64,000 bases of DNA from Myxococcota bacterium. Its GTDB lineage: Bacteria; Myxococcota_A; UBA9160; JAFDDA01. A program made the position numbers and the translations under genes. Below are positions 40,852-50,817 of the stretch, piece by piece. The DNA is taken from NCBI GenBank assembly GCA_965228475.1, contig OZ245817.1:3776001-3840000 (forward strand), in the 5' to 3' direction. Every line of letters starts with the position of its first letter. Positions within the stretch are counted from its first letter, which is position 1. The notes beneath the pieces were generated by a model. It saw nothing but the letters and a program-made list of their open reading frames with translations. It had not been told where the DNA came from and did no database searches.

Positions 40852-42624
40852 ATGCGCACACTTCGACTCGCTTTCATCACGACGATCACGTTCGGTCTGG
40901 CTCCGAGCCCGGCCGCCGCCGCCACCTACGTCGTCAACAGCACACAGGACCGGGTCGACGCCGCGCCCGGCAACGGCGTGTGCGCCGACGTCTTCGGGCT
41001 CTGCACGCTGCGGGCCGCCGTCCAGGAAGCGAACGCCACGCCGACGACCTTCTTCCACGTCGCGCAGCTCGCGCCGGGTGCGCTCTACGATCTCTCGAAT
41101 ACCGGCGCGGGGGAAGACGGCTCCGTGACGGGCGACCTCGACGTCCGGACGAACCTCGCCGTCTGGGTGCCGGGCGGCCCGACGGGCGCCCGCGCCGAGG
41201 TCCGCGGCCTTTCGGCGGATCGCGTCTTCGACGTCCACCCGGGCCACTATCTCTACCTCTATCAGGTGGACGTCACCGGCGGTGCGGTCGCTTCGCCGGC
41301 CCGCGGCGGCGCGATCCGCGCCCGCGACGCCCAGATCTTCACCCGCTACAGCCGCGTAGCCTCGAGCCGGGCTGGCAACGGCGGCTGCATTTCGCTCGAC
41401 GGCGGGAGCAAGGGCCTCCTCGACGCGACCCTCGTCACCAAGTGCCAGGCACCGGCCGGCGCCGGCGGTGCCATCTGGGCCTCCGCCTCCCAGCTCACGC
41501 TGCAGAACGGGTCCGTCGTGTACGGCAACAGCTCGCGGTCCGGCGGCGGCATCTCCGCCGAGGTCAGCCGCATCGGAGTCTACGACGCGGTCTTCGAGCA
41601 GAACTTCTCGAGCCTCAAGTCCGGCGGGGCGATCCAGAGCGTGACGGCCAGCTCGGCCCTCGAGGTGCACCGGACCTCCTTCCTCCACAACCAGGCTTCG
41701 CACGGAGGCGCGATCCACAACTGGGGCGGAGCCGCCAACGTTTCGGACTCGTACTTTCTCGGGAACCGGACCTACGCGAGCACGCTCTACGACGGATCCG
41801 GCGGAGCGATCCTGAGCAACGCCTACTTCGCCACCACCGGGCCGGCGAGCAAGCTGACCGTCCACAACTCGCACTTCAAGTTCAACGTCGCCCAGGGGCC
41901 GGGCGGAGCGATCGCGCTCGGCAAGGACGACACGACGGCGATCACACGAACGACCTTCGAGGTGAACGTCGCGGCGGCCGGCTCGAGCCAGGACCACCAC
42001 GGCGGCGGCATCGCACAGCTCGACACCGGGGCGGCGCTGACCGTGGAGAACTCGACGTTCTCCGGCAACGCCTCCGCGGACCCGGGCGCGTACGGCGGCG
42101 GCCTCTTCAGCCAGGGCTTCGCCAACCTGCGGTACAACACGTTCTACCTGAACACGAGCATGCCGGCGCCGCCCTGGGGCTTCCCGGGCGGCGGAGACGC
42201 CATCGTCTCCCTGCTCGGCGGCTGGGGCATGGCCCACGGCAACATCTTCTTTTCGGGCGGGAGCGACGACGCCTGCGTGGGCGCCAACACGCTCACGGAC
42301 CTCGGGTTCAACCTGGCCGACGACTTCTCCTGCCTCAACCACGTGACGTCGAGCCCGTTCTTCGTCCTCCAGCCGACGCCTGCCAACCACGGCGGAGATC
42401 CGACGGCGAGCGGCAGCCCGCCGCCGACCCTCGAGATGATCTCGACCTTCTACGACGACTGGATCCCGACGGGCAGCTGCTCCGTGGCGACGGATCAGCG
42501 CGGCTTCGGACGGCCCGCGGGCGGCGGCTGCGCCGTCGGCGCCTACGAGCCCGGCGCCGTCGCGCGCAAGGCCGAGGACGGGGAAGACCCCAAGGGTGAC
42601 CCGGGCGAAGCGGGCGGACGCTAG
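40852..42624 (+). CDS. secreted CSLREA/choice-of-anchor-Q-like beta-helix repeat protein
   Basis: Signal peptide, VNSTQD..D..PGNGVC..CTLRAA, about 10 GG(A/G/C)I plus FxxN repeats, C-terminal DQRG..R...C.VGAYE. Confidence 0.75.
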   Translation: MRTLRLAFITTITFGLAPSPAAAATYVVNSTQDRVDAAPGNGVCADVFGLCTLRAAVQEANATPTTFFHVAQLAPGALYDLSNTGAGEDGSVTGDLDVRTNLAVWVPGGPTGARAEVRGLSADRVFDVHPGHYLYLYQVDVTGGAVASPARGGAIRARDAQIFTRYSRVASSRAGNGGCISLDGGSKGLLDATLVTKCQAPAGAGGAIWASASQLTLQNGSVVYGNSSRSGGGISAEVSRIGVYDAVFEQNFSSLKSGGAIQSVTASSALEVHRTSFLHNQASHGGAIHNWGGAANVSDSYFLGNRTYASTLYDGSGGAILSNAYFATTGPASKLTVHNSHFKFNVAQGPGGAIALGKDDTTAITRTTFEVNVAAAGSSQDHHGGGIAQLDTGAALTVENSTFSGNASADPGAYGGGLFSQGFANLRYNTFYLNTSMPAPPWGFPGGGDAIVSLLGGWGMAHGNIFFSGGSDDACVGANTLTDLGFNLADDFSCLNHVTSSPFFVLQPTPANHGGDPTASGSPPPTLEMISTFYDDWIPTGSCSVATDQRGFGRPAGGGCAVGAYEPGAVARKAEDGEDPKGDPGEAGGR

Positions 42625-43064
42625 GCCGGCGCCTCCTCGAAACCGAGCTCGCGCGTGCGCACGAATCGCAGCACCAGGTAGAGGGCCAGACCGATCGGTC
42701 CGAGCATCAGGGTGAAGAAGAGACACGGCACGACGAGCCAGTGCGGAATGCCGCGCCGGTGGGCGTCGCGGACCTCCCAGGCCCCGATGAAGAGATCGAA
42801 GGCCAGGTAGTGGATCCAGCCCGCGAGCACCGAGTAGGGACTCGTGAAGAGCGCCATCACGCCGGCCAACGAGCCGAAGCCGCCCCCCTCGGGCGAGAGC
42901 GGGTTCGCGAAGAGCGCGTAGGCGTAGACCAGGCCCAGGCTCACCGGGATCCACAGGCGGTGGACGAGCTTGTCGGTCCATTCCCAGCGCGGCGCGACCA
43001 TCAGCAAGAGCCAGAAGGGCATGACGGCGGTGCTGCAGATCTGGAAGATCAGGTCGGGGCTCAT
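42621..43064 (-). CDS. ABA4/DUF4281-like membrane protein
   Basis: Four TM segments, GWIHYLAFDLFIGAW, TLMLGPIGL. Confidence 0.8.
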   Translation of the reverse strand: MSPDLIFQICSTAVMPFWLLLMVAPRWEWTDKLVHRLWIPVSLGLVYAYALFANPLSPEGGGFGSLAGVMALFTSPYSVLAGWIHYLAFDLFIGAWEVRDAHRRGIPHWLVVPCLFFTLMLGPIGLALYLVLRFVRTRELGFEEAPA

Positions 43065-43147
43065 GGGTCTCTCCTCCTCGGTTCGGGCGGACAGTCTATG
43101 ATGGGCGCGGTCCGGCCGTCAGGATTTGCGTCGGCCGCGGAGGAATC

Positions 43148-44122
43148 ATGCCGGAACGCCCCCAGCGCTACGGGGTCACCATCCCCTTCGACGGAGTCCC
43201 CCTGCTCGAGCAGGAAGACTGGATCCGGGAGCTCGCGGATCTCGGCTACACGGACTTCTGGTCGGCCGAGTCCGGGGGCGCGGACGCGTTCACGCCGCTC
43301 GTGCTCGCGGCCCAGTGGGCGCCGGAAGCGCGCGTCGGCACGGCCATCGTACCGGCCTACACGCGGGGCCCCGCGACCCTCGCGAGCTGCGCCGCGGGCC
43401 TGGCCGAGGCCGCGCCGGGCCGCGCGGTGCTCGGCATCGGCTCCTCCTCCCAGGTGATCGTCGAGAACTGGAACGCCTGCGAGTTCGAGAAGCCGTATGC
43501 GCGGGTGCGCGACACGGTCCGCTTCCTGAACGCGGCGCTCGGCGGCGAGAAGGTGACGGAGGAGTACGAGACCTTCCGCGTGAAGGGCTTCCGCATGAAC
43601 CGCCTGCCGGCGACGCCCCCGACGCTGATGATCGCGGCGCTCCGCAAGGGCATGCTCGGCCTGGCCGGCCGCGAGAGCAGCGGCGCCATCCTGAACTGGC
43701 TCGCGGCGGAGGACGTGAAGACGGTCGCCCCCTACGTGCACGCCGGTGGCGAGGATCGCGAGCTCGTCGCGCGCATCTTCGTCCTGCCGACGGAGAACGC
43801 GGACCTCGCCCAGGCCGTCGGCAAGCGCGCCGTCGCCGCCTATCTGAACGTTCCCGTCTACGCCGCCTTCCAGGAGTGGCTCGGCCGCGGGGAAGACCTC
43901 TCGGGCATGTGGGACCACTGGAAGAGCGGCGACCGCAAGGCGGCGCTCGAGGCGATCCCGCCGGAGCTCGTCGGGAAGTTCGTCCTGCACGGCTCGCCCG
44001 AGTCCTGTCGCGAACAGGTCATGCGCTACGTCGAGAACGGCCTGCACACGCCGGTGCTGGCCCTGCTCCCGGGCGACTACGACCCGCGCGAAGCGCTGCG
44101 GCGCATGGCCCCCGGCGCCTGA
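43148..44122 (+). CDS. LLM-class (probably F420-dependent) oxidoreductase
   Basis: LGYTDFWSAE, GTAIVPAYTRGP, LGIGSSS, AALRKGML. Confidence 0.85.
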   Translation: MPERPQRYGVTIPFDGVPLLEQEDWIRELADLGYTDFWSAESGGADAFTPLVLAAQWAPEARVGTAIVPAYTRGPATLASCAAGLAEAAPGRAVLGIGSSSQVIVENWNACEFEKPYARVRDTVRFLNAALGGEKVTEEYETFRVKGFRMNRLPATPPTLMIAALRKGMLGLAGRESSGAILNWLAAEDVKTVAPYVHAGGEDRELVARIFVLPTENADLAQAVGKRAVAAYLNVPVYAAFQEWLGRGEDLSGMWDHWKSGDRKAALEAIPPELVGKFVLHGSPESCREQVMRYVENGLHTPVLALLPGDYDPREALRRMAPGA

Positions 44123-44140
44123 AGCGCAGCGGCGCCCGGC

Positions 44141-45175
44141 TCAGATCTTCGGAAACGCCTCGACCAGTCGGCGCAGGCCGTGGACGATCGGCACGCGCTG
44201 GAGCGGGTCCGAGACCCCGAGCCGCACCACGATGAGGTCGCGCTCGGGCACCAAGACGATGTATTGCCCGTTGAAGCCGTTCGCGGTGAAGATTCCCGGG
44301 TCGTGGAGGGCGAGCCACCAGTGAGCGCCGTACTCGCCAGCCGAAGCGGGCGTCATCGTGCGCGCGTGATCCGCCCAGCCCTCGGGCAGCACGCGCTGCC
44401 CGCCGAAGATGCCGTCGCGCAGGTAGAGGAGGCCGAAGCGGGCGAAGTCCCGGGCCGTCGCGAAGACGTAGGAGGAGCCGATGAAGGTCCCGGCTTCGTC
44501 GAAGCGGGCGGTGGCGCTACGCATGCCGATCGGATCGAACAGGGCCTTGCGCATGAAGGCCTCCATGCCCGGCCGACCCCCGCCGACCGTTCGCCCCACG
44601 ATGGCCGACACGACGTTGCTCGTACCGCTCGAGTAGTTCCAGACGGTGCCCGGCGGATGCGCCAGGCCGCGCGACTCGGCGAAGGCCGCGACGTCCTCCT
44701 TGCCCTCCTTGAAGAGCATGTCGATCACGTCGGAGCGCTGGCCGTCCTCGTAGACCTCGACGAAGTCGAGCCCGTCGACCTGACGCAGGAGATCCTCGAG
44801 CGAGATCGCCGCACGCGGGTCGTTCGCCTGCTCGGACCAGCGCGGCACCGGGGCCGGCGCCTTGGGCTCGAGCCGCCCCTCCCCGACCAGCACGCCCACC
44901 AGCGCGTGGGTGATGCTCTTCGCCATGGACCAGGAGATGAAGGTGTCCGTCGCGTCCTTGCCCGGCGCGTAGCGTTCGGCGACGACCCGTCCTCCCTGAA
45001 CGGCGAGCAGCGCCAGCGTCTCTCCGTGGCTCTCGCGATTCGCCTCGTCGAAGGCTTCGTCGAACACGGCATCGATCGCCGGGGCGTCCGCACCCTCGGG
45101 AGCACCCGAAGGCCAGTCGGCTTCGGGCCAGGGAACACCCGCAGGCTGGGCGGGAAGCGGCGGGATCCGGTTCAT
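44141..45175 (-). CDS. serine hydrolase, beta-lactamase fold (NylB/esterase-like)
   Basis: SMAK (SxxK), WNYSS, ARDFARFG, GFNGQ. Confidence 0.8.
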   Translation of the reverse strand: MNRIPPLPAQPAGVPWPEADWPSGAPEGADAPAIDAVFDEAFDEANRESHGETLALLAVQGGRVVAERYAPGKDATDTFISWSMAKSITHALVGVLVGEGRLEPKAPAPVPRWSEQANDPRAAISLEDLLRQVDGLDFVEVYEDGQRSDVIDMLFKEGKEDVAAFAESRGLAHPPGTVWNYSSGTSNVVSAIVGRTVGGGRPGMEAFMRKALFDPIGMRSATARFDEAGTFIGSSYVFATARDFARFGLLYLRDGIFGGQRVLPEGWADHARTMTPASAGEYGAHWWLALHDPGIFTANGFNGQYIVLVPERDLIVVRLGVSDPLQRVPIVHGLRRLVEAFPKI

Positions 45176-45206
45176 CGAAGTCTCCACGGCGGGAAGCCCG
45201 GCGGCG

Positions 45207-46247
45207 TCAGCCGCCGAGCTGGTACATCTCGATCTTGGGGCGCGCGGCGCCGCCCGCCTGGGCGCGCTCCTCGGAGTAGCGATCGCGCCGGGCGCGCCAC
45301 GTGCCGGCGATGATCTCACGGATCTCCTCGTCGCCGGCGCCGTCTCGGAGGGAGCCGCGCAGGTCGACCCCGCCCGCGGCGAACAGGCAGGTCACGAGGC
45401 GGCCCTCGATGGTGAGGCGGGCCCGCGTGCAGCCCCCGCAGAACGGGGCCGTCACCGAGGCGATCACGCCGATCTCACCGCTGCCGTCGCGGTAGGCCCA
45501 GCGTCGGGCCACCTCGCCGGGGTAGTTCTCCTCGAGCGGCTTGAGGGGCGCCACGGCATCGATGGCCTTCACGATCTCCTCGGCGGAGACGACCTCGTCG
45601 AGCGCCCAGCCGTTCAGGGTGCCGACGTCCATGTACTCGATGAACCGGACGACGTGGCCCGTACCGCGGAAGTGCTCGGCCAGGGCGACGAAGTCGCCGT
45701 CGTTCACGCCGCGCTGGACGACGGTGTTGATCTTCACCGGGGAGAGCCCCGCCGCCGCGGCGGCCTCGATGCCTTCGAGGGTGCGCTCGGGGCCGAAGTC
45801 GCGCCCGCTCATCTTCCGGAAGGTCTCCGGTTCGAGGCTGTCGAGGCTCACGGTCACGCGCTGCAGCCCCGCCCGCGCGAGGGTTTCGGCCTGCTTCGCG
45901 AGCAGGAACCCGTTGGTCGTGAGGGAGAGGTCTTCGATGCCGGGAATCGCCGCGAGCCGCTCGATCAGCTCCGGCAGACCGTGGCGGATCAGCGGCTCGC
46001 CGCCCGTGATGCGGATCTTCTTCGTGCCGAGGCTCGCGAAGACCCGCGCCAGCCGCTCGAGCTCCTCGAAGGTGAGCAGCTCGGGCCGCGGCAGGAAGCG
46101 GTAGTTCTCGCCGTAGACCTCGGCCGGCATGCAATAGGGGCAGCGGAAGTTGCAGCGGTCCGTCACCGAAATGCGTAGGTCGCGCAGCCGGCGGCCGAGG
46201 GCATCGGCGAAGGGCGGAGGTCCGTCGGATTCTTCGAGGGAGGTCAT
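45207..46247 (-). CDS. moaA: GTP 3',8-cyclase MoaA
   Basis: LRISVTDRCNFRCPYCMP radical SAM motif, TGGEP, FCGGC.R.R...C, C-terminal GG. Confidence 0.95.
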   Translation of the reverse strand: MTSLEESDGPPPFADALGRRLRDLRISVTDRCNFRCPYCMPAEVYGENYRFLPRPELLTFEELERLARVFASLGTKKIRITGGEPLIRHGLPELIERLAAIPGIEDLSLTTNGFLLAKQAETLARAGLQRVTVSLDSLEPETFRKMSGRDFGPERTLEGIEAAAAAGLSPVKINTVVQRGVNDGDFVALAEHFRGTGHVVRFIEYMDVGTLNGWALDEVVSAEEIVKAIDAVAPLKPLEENYPGEVARRWAYRDGSGEIGVIASVTAPFCGGCTRARLTIEGRLVTCLFAAGGVDLRGSLRDGAGDEEIREIIAGTWRARRDRYSEERAQAGGAARPKIEMYQLGG

Positions 46248-46251
46248 GGGG

Positions 46252-46284
46252 GATAGTTGACTCGTGAGTACACTATCGTATTCT
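46252..46284. promoter_or_regulatory. IscR-like operator overlapping a sigma-70 promoter in the moaA/rrf2 divergent gap
   Basis: GATAGT-TGACTCGTGAGTAC-ACTATC palindrome; TTGACT-N16-TATTCT towards rrf2; TACGAT on the minus strand towards moaA. Confidence 0.65.
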
Positions 46285-46291
46285 CCGGCGC

Positions 46292-46810
46292 GTGCACCTT
46301 CAGGCGAACGAAGAATACGGCCTTCGCTGCCTCCTCCAAGTGGTGGAAGCGGCGGGCGGTTCGGCCGAAGCCGAGGCGCCGCCGCTGCCGATCGCCGAGA
46401 TCGCCCGCGCAGAGGGGCTCTCGAGCGAGTACACGGCCAAGCTCATGCGTCAGCTCCGGCTGGCCGGCCTGGTCGAGAGCGTGCGCGGCGCCGCCGGCGG
46501 CTACCGCCTGGCCCAGCCGGCCCGGGCCGTCACCGTCTGGGCCGCGCTCCAGGCCCTCGGCGGCGAGCCCTTCCCTTCCGAGTTCTGCGCCTGCCACGCG
46601 GGCCAGCAGCGCGAGTGCGTGCGCAGCAGCAACTGCGCGCTGCGCGCCCTCTGGCAGCGCGTGCGCGGCACGCTCGAAGAAACGCTTTCCGGAATCACCC
46701 TCGAAGACCTGCGCCGCGACGAGCACGCCATGACCGTGTGGCTCGACGACGGACGCCCGGCCGGCGACGCCTTCCGCGCCGCCTTCCCCAAGGAGACGCC
46801 ATGCAGCTGA
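46292..46810 (+). CDS. Rrf2 family (IscR-like) transcriptional regulator
   Basis: [31 protein letters not shown], Cys cluster CAC-x7-C-x5-C. Confidence 0.85.
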   Translation: MHLQANEEYGLRCLLQVVEAAGGSAEAEAPPLPIAEIARAEGLSSEYTAKLMRQLRLAGLVESVRGAAGGYRLAQPARAVTVWAALQALGGEPFPSEFCACHAGQQRECVRSSNCALRALWQRVRGTLEETLSGITLEDLRRDEHAMTVWLDDGRPAGDAFRAAFPKETPCS

Positions 46811-47130
46811 ACGAAGAAACCCGCACCCGCATCCAGGGCCTCGTCGGTTCCGACGACGTCGTGCTCTTCATGAAGGGCAACCGCCAGTTCCCCCAGTGCG
46901 GATTCTCCGCGACGGTGGTGCAGATCCTCGACCACCTGATCCCCCAGTACTCGACCGTCGACGTGCTCCAGGATCCCGAGGTCCGCGAGGGCATCAAGCT
47001 CTTCACCCAGTGGCCGACCATCCCCCAGCTCTACGTGAAGGGCGAGTTCGTGGGTGGCTGCGACATCATCCGCGAGATGTTCCAGTCGGGCGAGCTGCAC
47101 ACGACCCTCGGCGTCGAACAGCCGAGCTAG
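46801..47130 (+). CDS. grxD: monothiol glutaredoxin Grx4
   Basis: [40 protein letters not shown]. Confidence 0.93.
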   Translation: MQLNEETRTRIQGLVGSDDVVLFMKGNRQFPQCGFSATVVQILDHLIPQYSTVDVLQDPEVREGIKLFTQWPTIPQLYVKGEFVGGCDIIREMFQSGELHTTLGVEQPS

Positions 47131-47134
47131 CCGC

Positions 47135-48104
47135 GTGGCGCGAGCCGTCTTCGTTCGCGAGACCGGCGGCCCCGAGGTCCTGCGCTTCGAAGAGGCTGCG
47201 CTAGCCGCGCCCGGCCCGGGCTTCGCGCGCGTGCGCACGGCGGCCTGCGGGGGTCAACTACATCGACGTCTACTTCCGCACCGGGCTCTATCCCCGGCCG
47301 CTCCCGTTCGTGCTCGGCCTCGAGGGCGCCGGCACCGTCGAGGCGGTGGGCGACGGAGTCGACCTCGAGGTGGGAGACCGGGTTGCCTGGTCGTCGGTGC
47401 CGGGGTCCTACGCCGAAGAAGTGCTGGCTCCGGCCGCCATGCTCGTGCGGATCCCGGACGGCGTCGCAACGGACGTGGCTGCGGCCAGCATGCTCCAGGG
47501 GATGACGGCCCACTACCTCGTGCACGGCACCCGCGAGACGCGGCCCGGGGACGTCGCGCTCGTCCACGCCGCAGCCGGCGGCGTCGGACTGCTGCTGACG
47601 CAGTTGCTGAAGGCGGCGGGCGCGACCGTCCTCGCCACCTGCTCGACCGCGGCGAAGGCGGAGCTGGCGCGCGGCGCCGGTGCGGACCACGTGATCCGCT
47701 ACGACGAAGAGGACTTCGCTGCGCGCGCGCGCGAACTCACGGAAGGCCGCGGCGCCGACGTCGTCTACGACGCGGTGGGCCAGTCGACCTTCGAAGGGAG
47801 TCTCGCTTCGCTCCGCCCGCGCGGACTGCTCGTGCTCTACGGACAGGCGAGCGGCAAGGTTCCGCCCCTGGATCTCCAGCAGCTGAACGACCGGGGCTCC
47901 CTGTTCGTGACGCGTCCCTCGCTCCTCCACTACACGTCGAGCCGCGAGGAGCTCGAGCTGCGGGCCGGTGCGGTCCTGGACGCCGTCGCGGCCGGCGCGC
48001 TCGACGTCCGGATCGGCGCCCGCTTCGGCCTCGGCGAGGCCGCCGAGGCGCACCGCGCCCTCGAGGGCCGGCGGACGACCGGCAAGGTCCTGCTCATCCC
48101 CTGA
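47135..48104 (+). pseudogene. qor: quinone oxidoreductase (Qor, MDR family) with a +1 frameshift (possibly a sequencing error)
   Basis: N-terminus ..GGPEVL..ACG lies in one frame and VNYIDVYFRTGLY..HAAAGGVG..TTGKVLL in the next; junction is G5 at 47249-47253. Confidence 0.75.
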
Positions 48105-48151
48105 CCCCAGCTGGCGCCCCAGGCGACCTCCAAGGCCCTGTTTTTGCTGGA

Positions 48152-48185
48152 ATATAAACATTTAGTATTGACTAAATGTTTATAT
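48152..48185. promoter_or_regulatory. perfect 15-bp inverted repeat, TetR-type operator
   Basis: ATATAAACATTTAGT-ATTG-ACTAAATGTTTATAT overlapping TTGACT, 18 bp upstream of the TetR ATG. Confidence 0.8.
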
Positions 48186-48203
48186 CGTCCGAGTCTGTCC
48201 GCC

Positions 48204-48842
48204 ATGAGCCCCGCCCGCCCGAAGACGCCGCGGCGCCGCACCCAGGCCGAGCGCACCGCTGCAACGAAGGATCGGCTGATCACGGCCACCCTCGCCTGCC
48301 TCGTCGAGCACGGCTTCGCCGGGACGAGCACCGTCGCCGTGTGTCGCCGGGCCGAGGTCTCCCACGGATCCCTGCTCCACCACTTCCGGACGCGCGAACG
48401 GCTGCTCGCCGCGGCCTTCGACGCCGCGAACGAACGCCTGCGCGAACGCGTGACCGGCGCCCTCGAGCGCATCCCGGAAGGGGACGCGCGCGTCGCCGCG
48501 GTGGTGGACGCCATGTGGGACGCCTTCGAGGCCCCGGAGTTCAAGGCGGTGCTCGAGCTGTGGCTCGCCGCCAAGAACGACCCGCACATGTCCTTCGAGA
48601 TCTGGCCCGCCGCCGCCGGCTTCGACGCCGGCCACATGCCGATCGCGGACCAGCTCTTCCCCGAGGCCGCCGCGCGCCTGCCGGACTTCCACGTCTACAT
48701 CAGCCTGCTCTTCCAGGCGCTCCAGGGCATGGGGCTCGCCCGAGCGACCTTCCCGCAAAGCGACGACGCCGATGCCATGCGCGCGCGGGTTCGACTCCTC
48801 CTCACACGGATCGTGCGCGACGCCTTCCAGGCACCCTCCTGA
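48204..48842 (+). CDS. TetR/AcrR family regulator
   Basis: RRTQAER, GFAGTSTVAVCRRAEVSHGSLLHHF HTH. Confidence 0.87.
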   Translation: MSPARPKTPRRRTQAERTAATKDRLITATLACLVEHGFAGTSTVAVCRRAEVSHGSLLHHFRTRERLLAAAFDAANERLRERVTGALERIPEGDARVAAVVDAMWDAFEAPEFKAVLELWLAAKNDPHMSFEIWPAAAGFDAGHMPIADQLFPEAAARLPDFHVYISLLFQALQGMGLARATFPQSDDADAMRARVRLLLTRIVRDAFQAPS

Positions 48843-48863
48843 CCCCACCCCCCCCGGAGCCCC

Positions 48864-50324
48864 ATGAAGAAGATCCTCTTCCTCCTCGCCGGCGTGGGCT
48901 GCGCCGCCGTGGTCGTGGCACTCGCAATGGCGAAGGCCCTCGAACCCCCCGCCCTGCCCGTCCCCGGATCCCGGGACCTCGTCGTCCGCAACGTCACGCT
49001 GGTCGAGCCGGGCGGACGCTCGCTCCCGGGGCGTTCCCTTCGCGTCGAGGCGGGCCGGATCGAATCGCTCGACGCCGGGGACGTTCCCTCCTCGGCGCCG
49101 GACCTCGAGGGGCTCCACGTCGCGCCGGGCTGGATCGACCTCCATGTCCACTACCCACCGGGCATCGCGGTCGGGAACGCGGAGCTCTGGTCGCTCCTCT
49201 TCCTTGCCCACGGCGTCACGAGCGTGCGCGAGACGGGAAGCGCCGACGGCAGCATCTTCGCCGTGCGGCAGGCCATCGAGCGCGGCGAAACCCCCGGACC
49301 GCGCATCTTCGCCTGCGGCCCCATGCTCGACGGCGACCCGCCCTCGTTCCCGTCGAACCGGGTCCTCGTTTCGGCGGAAGAGGCGCGCCGGGCGGTCGCG
49401 GAGGTCGCCCGCGCGGGGGCCGACTGCATCAAGGTCTACAACATGCTCGGCGCAGAGGTGCTCGCCGCGATCGTCGACGCGGCTGCGGAACGCGGCCTCC
49501 CGGTGATCGGACACGTCCCCCACGACTCGACCCTCGAGGAAGCCGGCGTGGTCGACGCCCAGCACGGAACGGGGGCCGTCCTCATCGACCGCGAGAAGAT
49601 CGGCCGGTTCGATTTCCATTGGGAGGATTGGCGCACCGTCGACGACGCCCGGATCGCGCGCGTTGCCGAGATCTCGATCGAACGCGGCATCGCCCACACC
49701 CCGACCCTCGTGAACGGCCGCATGCGACGCCTGCTCACGGACACCGCCGCACGCGACGAGGCCGTTCGCACCGACACCGGCCTGCGTCACCTTCCCCGCT
49801 TCTGGCTCGACGCCTGGGCCGCCCTCTGGAGCCCGCCCTGGGACGCCGGCGACGCCGCGGGGAAAGCGGCCGTCGAGCACTTCCGTGCGAGGCAGTCGGC
49901 CCTCGCCGGCGGTCTGCACGCCGCGGGCGCGCGCGTGCACGCCGGAACCGACACGATGATGCCCTTCGTGGCGCCCGGCTCGAGCCTCCACGGCGAGGTC
50001 GAAGACCTGATCCTCGCCGGATTCACCCCCGAAGACGCCTGGCGCACCGCCACGCAAGGGGCCGGAGAGGCGCTCGCGGAGGGGCTCGGCAGGCTCGAGG
50101 TCGGGGCGCCGGCGGATCTCGTCTTCTTTCGCCCGGCCCCGCCCGGCTCCCTTCCCACCCCCGACCGGATCGAAGCCGTCGTCGCCGATGGACGCCTCTA
50201 CCGGAAGCGGGACCTCGACGAAGCGCTGGCCCGCTACGACGCCCACTTCCACGGTGGGTTCTACGAGGGCGTGATGGGAGGCGTGGTCCGCATCGCGCGT
50301 AGCCGCTTCGCGCCCGAAGGCTGA
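48864..50324 (+). CDS. amidohydrolase family protein with N-terminal signal/anchor
   Basis: PGWIDLHVH, GVTSVRETG, IKVY, GH, AGTD, GRLEVGAPADLV. Confidence 0.82.
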   Translation: MKKILFLLAGVGCAAVVVALAMAKALEPPALPVPGSRDLVVRNVTLVEPGGRSLPGRSLRVEAGRIESLDAGDVPSSAPDLEGLHVAPGWIDLHVHYPPGIAVGNAELWSLLFLAHGVTSVRETGSADGSIFAVRQAIERGETPGPRIFACGPMLDGDPPSFPSNRVLVSAEEARRAVAEVARAGADCIKVYNMLGAEVLAAIVDAAAERGLPVIGHVPHDSTLEEAGVVDAQHGTGAVLIDREKIGRFDFHWEDWRTVDDARIARVAEISIERGIAHTPTLVNGRMRRLLTDTAARDEAVRTDTGLRHLPRFWLDAWAALWSPPWDAGDAAGKAAVEHFRARQSALAGGLHAAGARVHAGTDTMMPFVAPGSSLHGEVEDLILAGFTPEDAWRTATQGAGEALAEGLGRLEVGAPADLVFFRPAPPGSLPTPDRIEAVVADGRLYRKRDLDEALARYDAHFHGGFYEGVMGGVVRIARSRFAPEG

Positions 50325-50328
50325 GCGG

Positions 50329-50817
50329 TCAGCCGGCGGCGGGCTCTCGGAGCATGAGCGCATCGCGCACGGCGCGGCAGACGACGTCTCCGTGCTGGTT
50401 GTAGGCGCGGTGCTCGAAGGTCACGATGCCCTGGGTCGGGCGGGACTTCGAAGCCCGCGCCGCAACGACCTCGCTCTCGACGCGGATCGTGTCGCCGTGG
50501 AAGACGGGCTTGGGGAACGTCGTCTCCTTGAAGCCGAGGTTCGCGACGGTGGTACCGAGGGTCGTCTCGTGCACGCTGATCCCGACCACCACGGAAAGCG
50601 TCAGGAGCGAGTTCACGAGCGGCTTGCCGAACTCGGTCTCCTTCTCCGCGTAGTCGAAGTCGAGGTGCAGCCAGGCCGGGTTCATCGTCATCGACGTGAA
50701 CAGGACGTTGTCGGACTCGGTCAGCGTGCGCCGGATCGCGTGGTGGATGACGGTGCCCGGCTCGAGTTCCTCGAACCAGCGGCCGGTGTGCGGGCGGGGA
50801 GCATCGGGGGTCGTCAT
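50329..50817 (-). CDS. MaoC family dehydratase (Rv2499c/RipB-like)
   Basis: [15 protein letters not shown]...LHLD, ANLGF, PVFHGDT; GGAGAG RBS. Confidence 0.85.
   Translation of the reverse strand: MTTPDAPRPHTGRWFEELEPGTVIHHAIRRTLTESDNVLFTSMTMNPAWLHLDFDYAEKETEFGKPLVNSLLTLSVVVGISVHETTLGTTVANLGFKETTFPKPVFHGDTIRVESEVVAARASKSRPTQGIVTFEHRAYNQHGDVVCRAVRDALMLREPAAG

Noticed and set aside
44141..45175. Beta-lactamase resistance gene
   Set aside because: SxxK is present but the second motif is YSS, there is no KTG and no signal peptide; it fits NylB/esterase-like hydrolases
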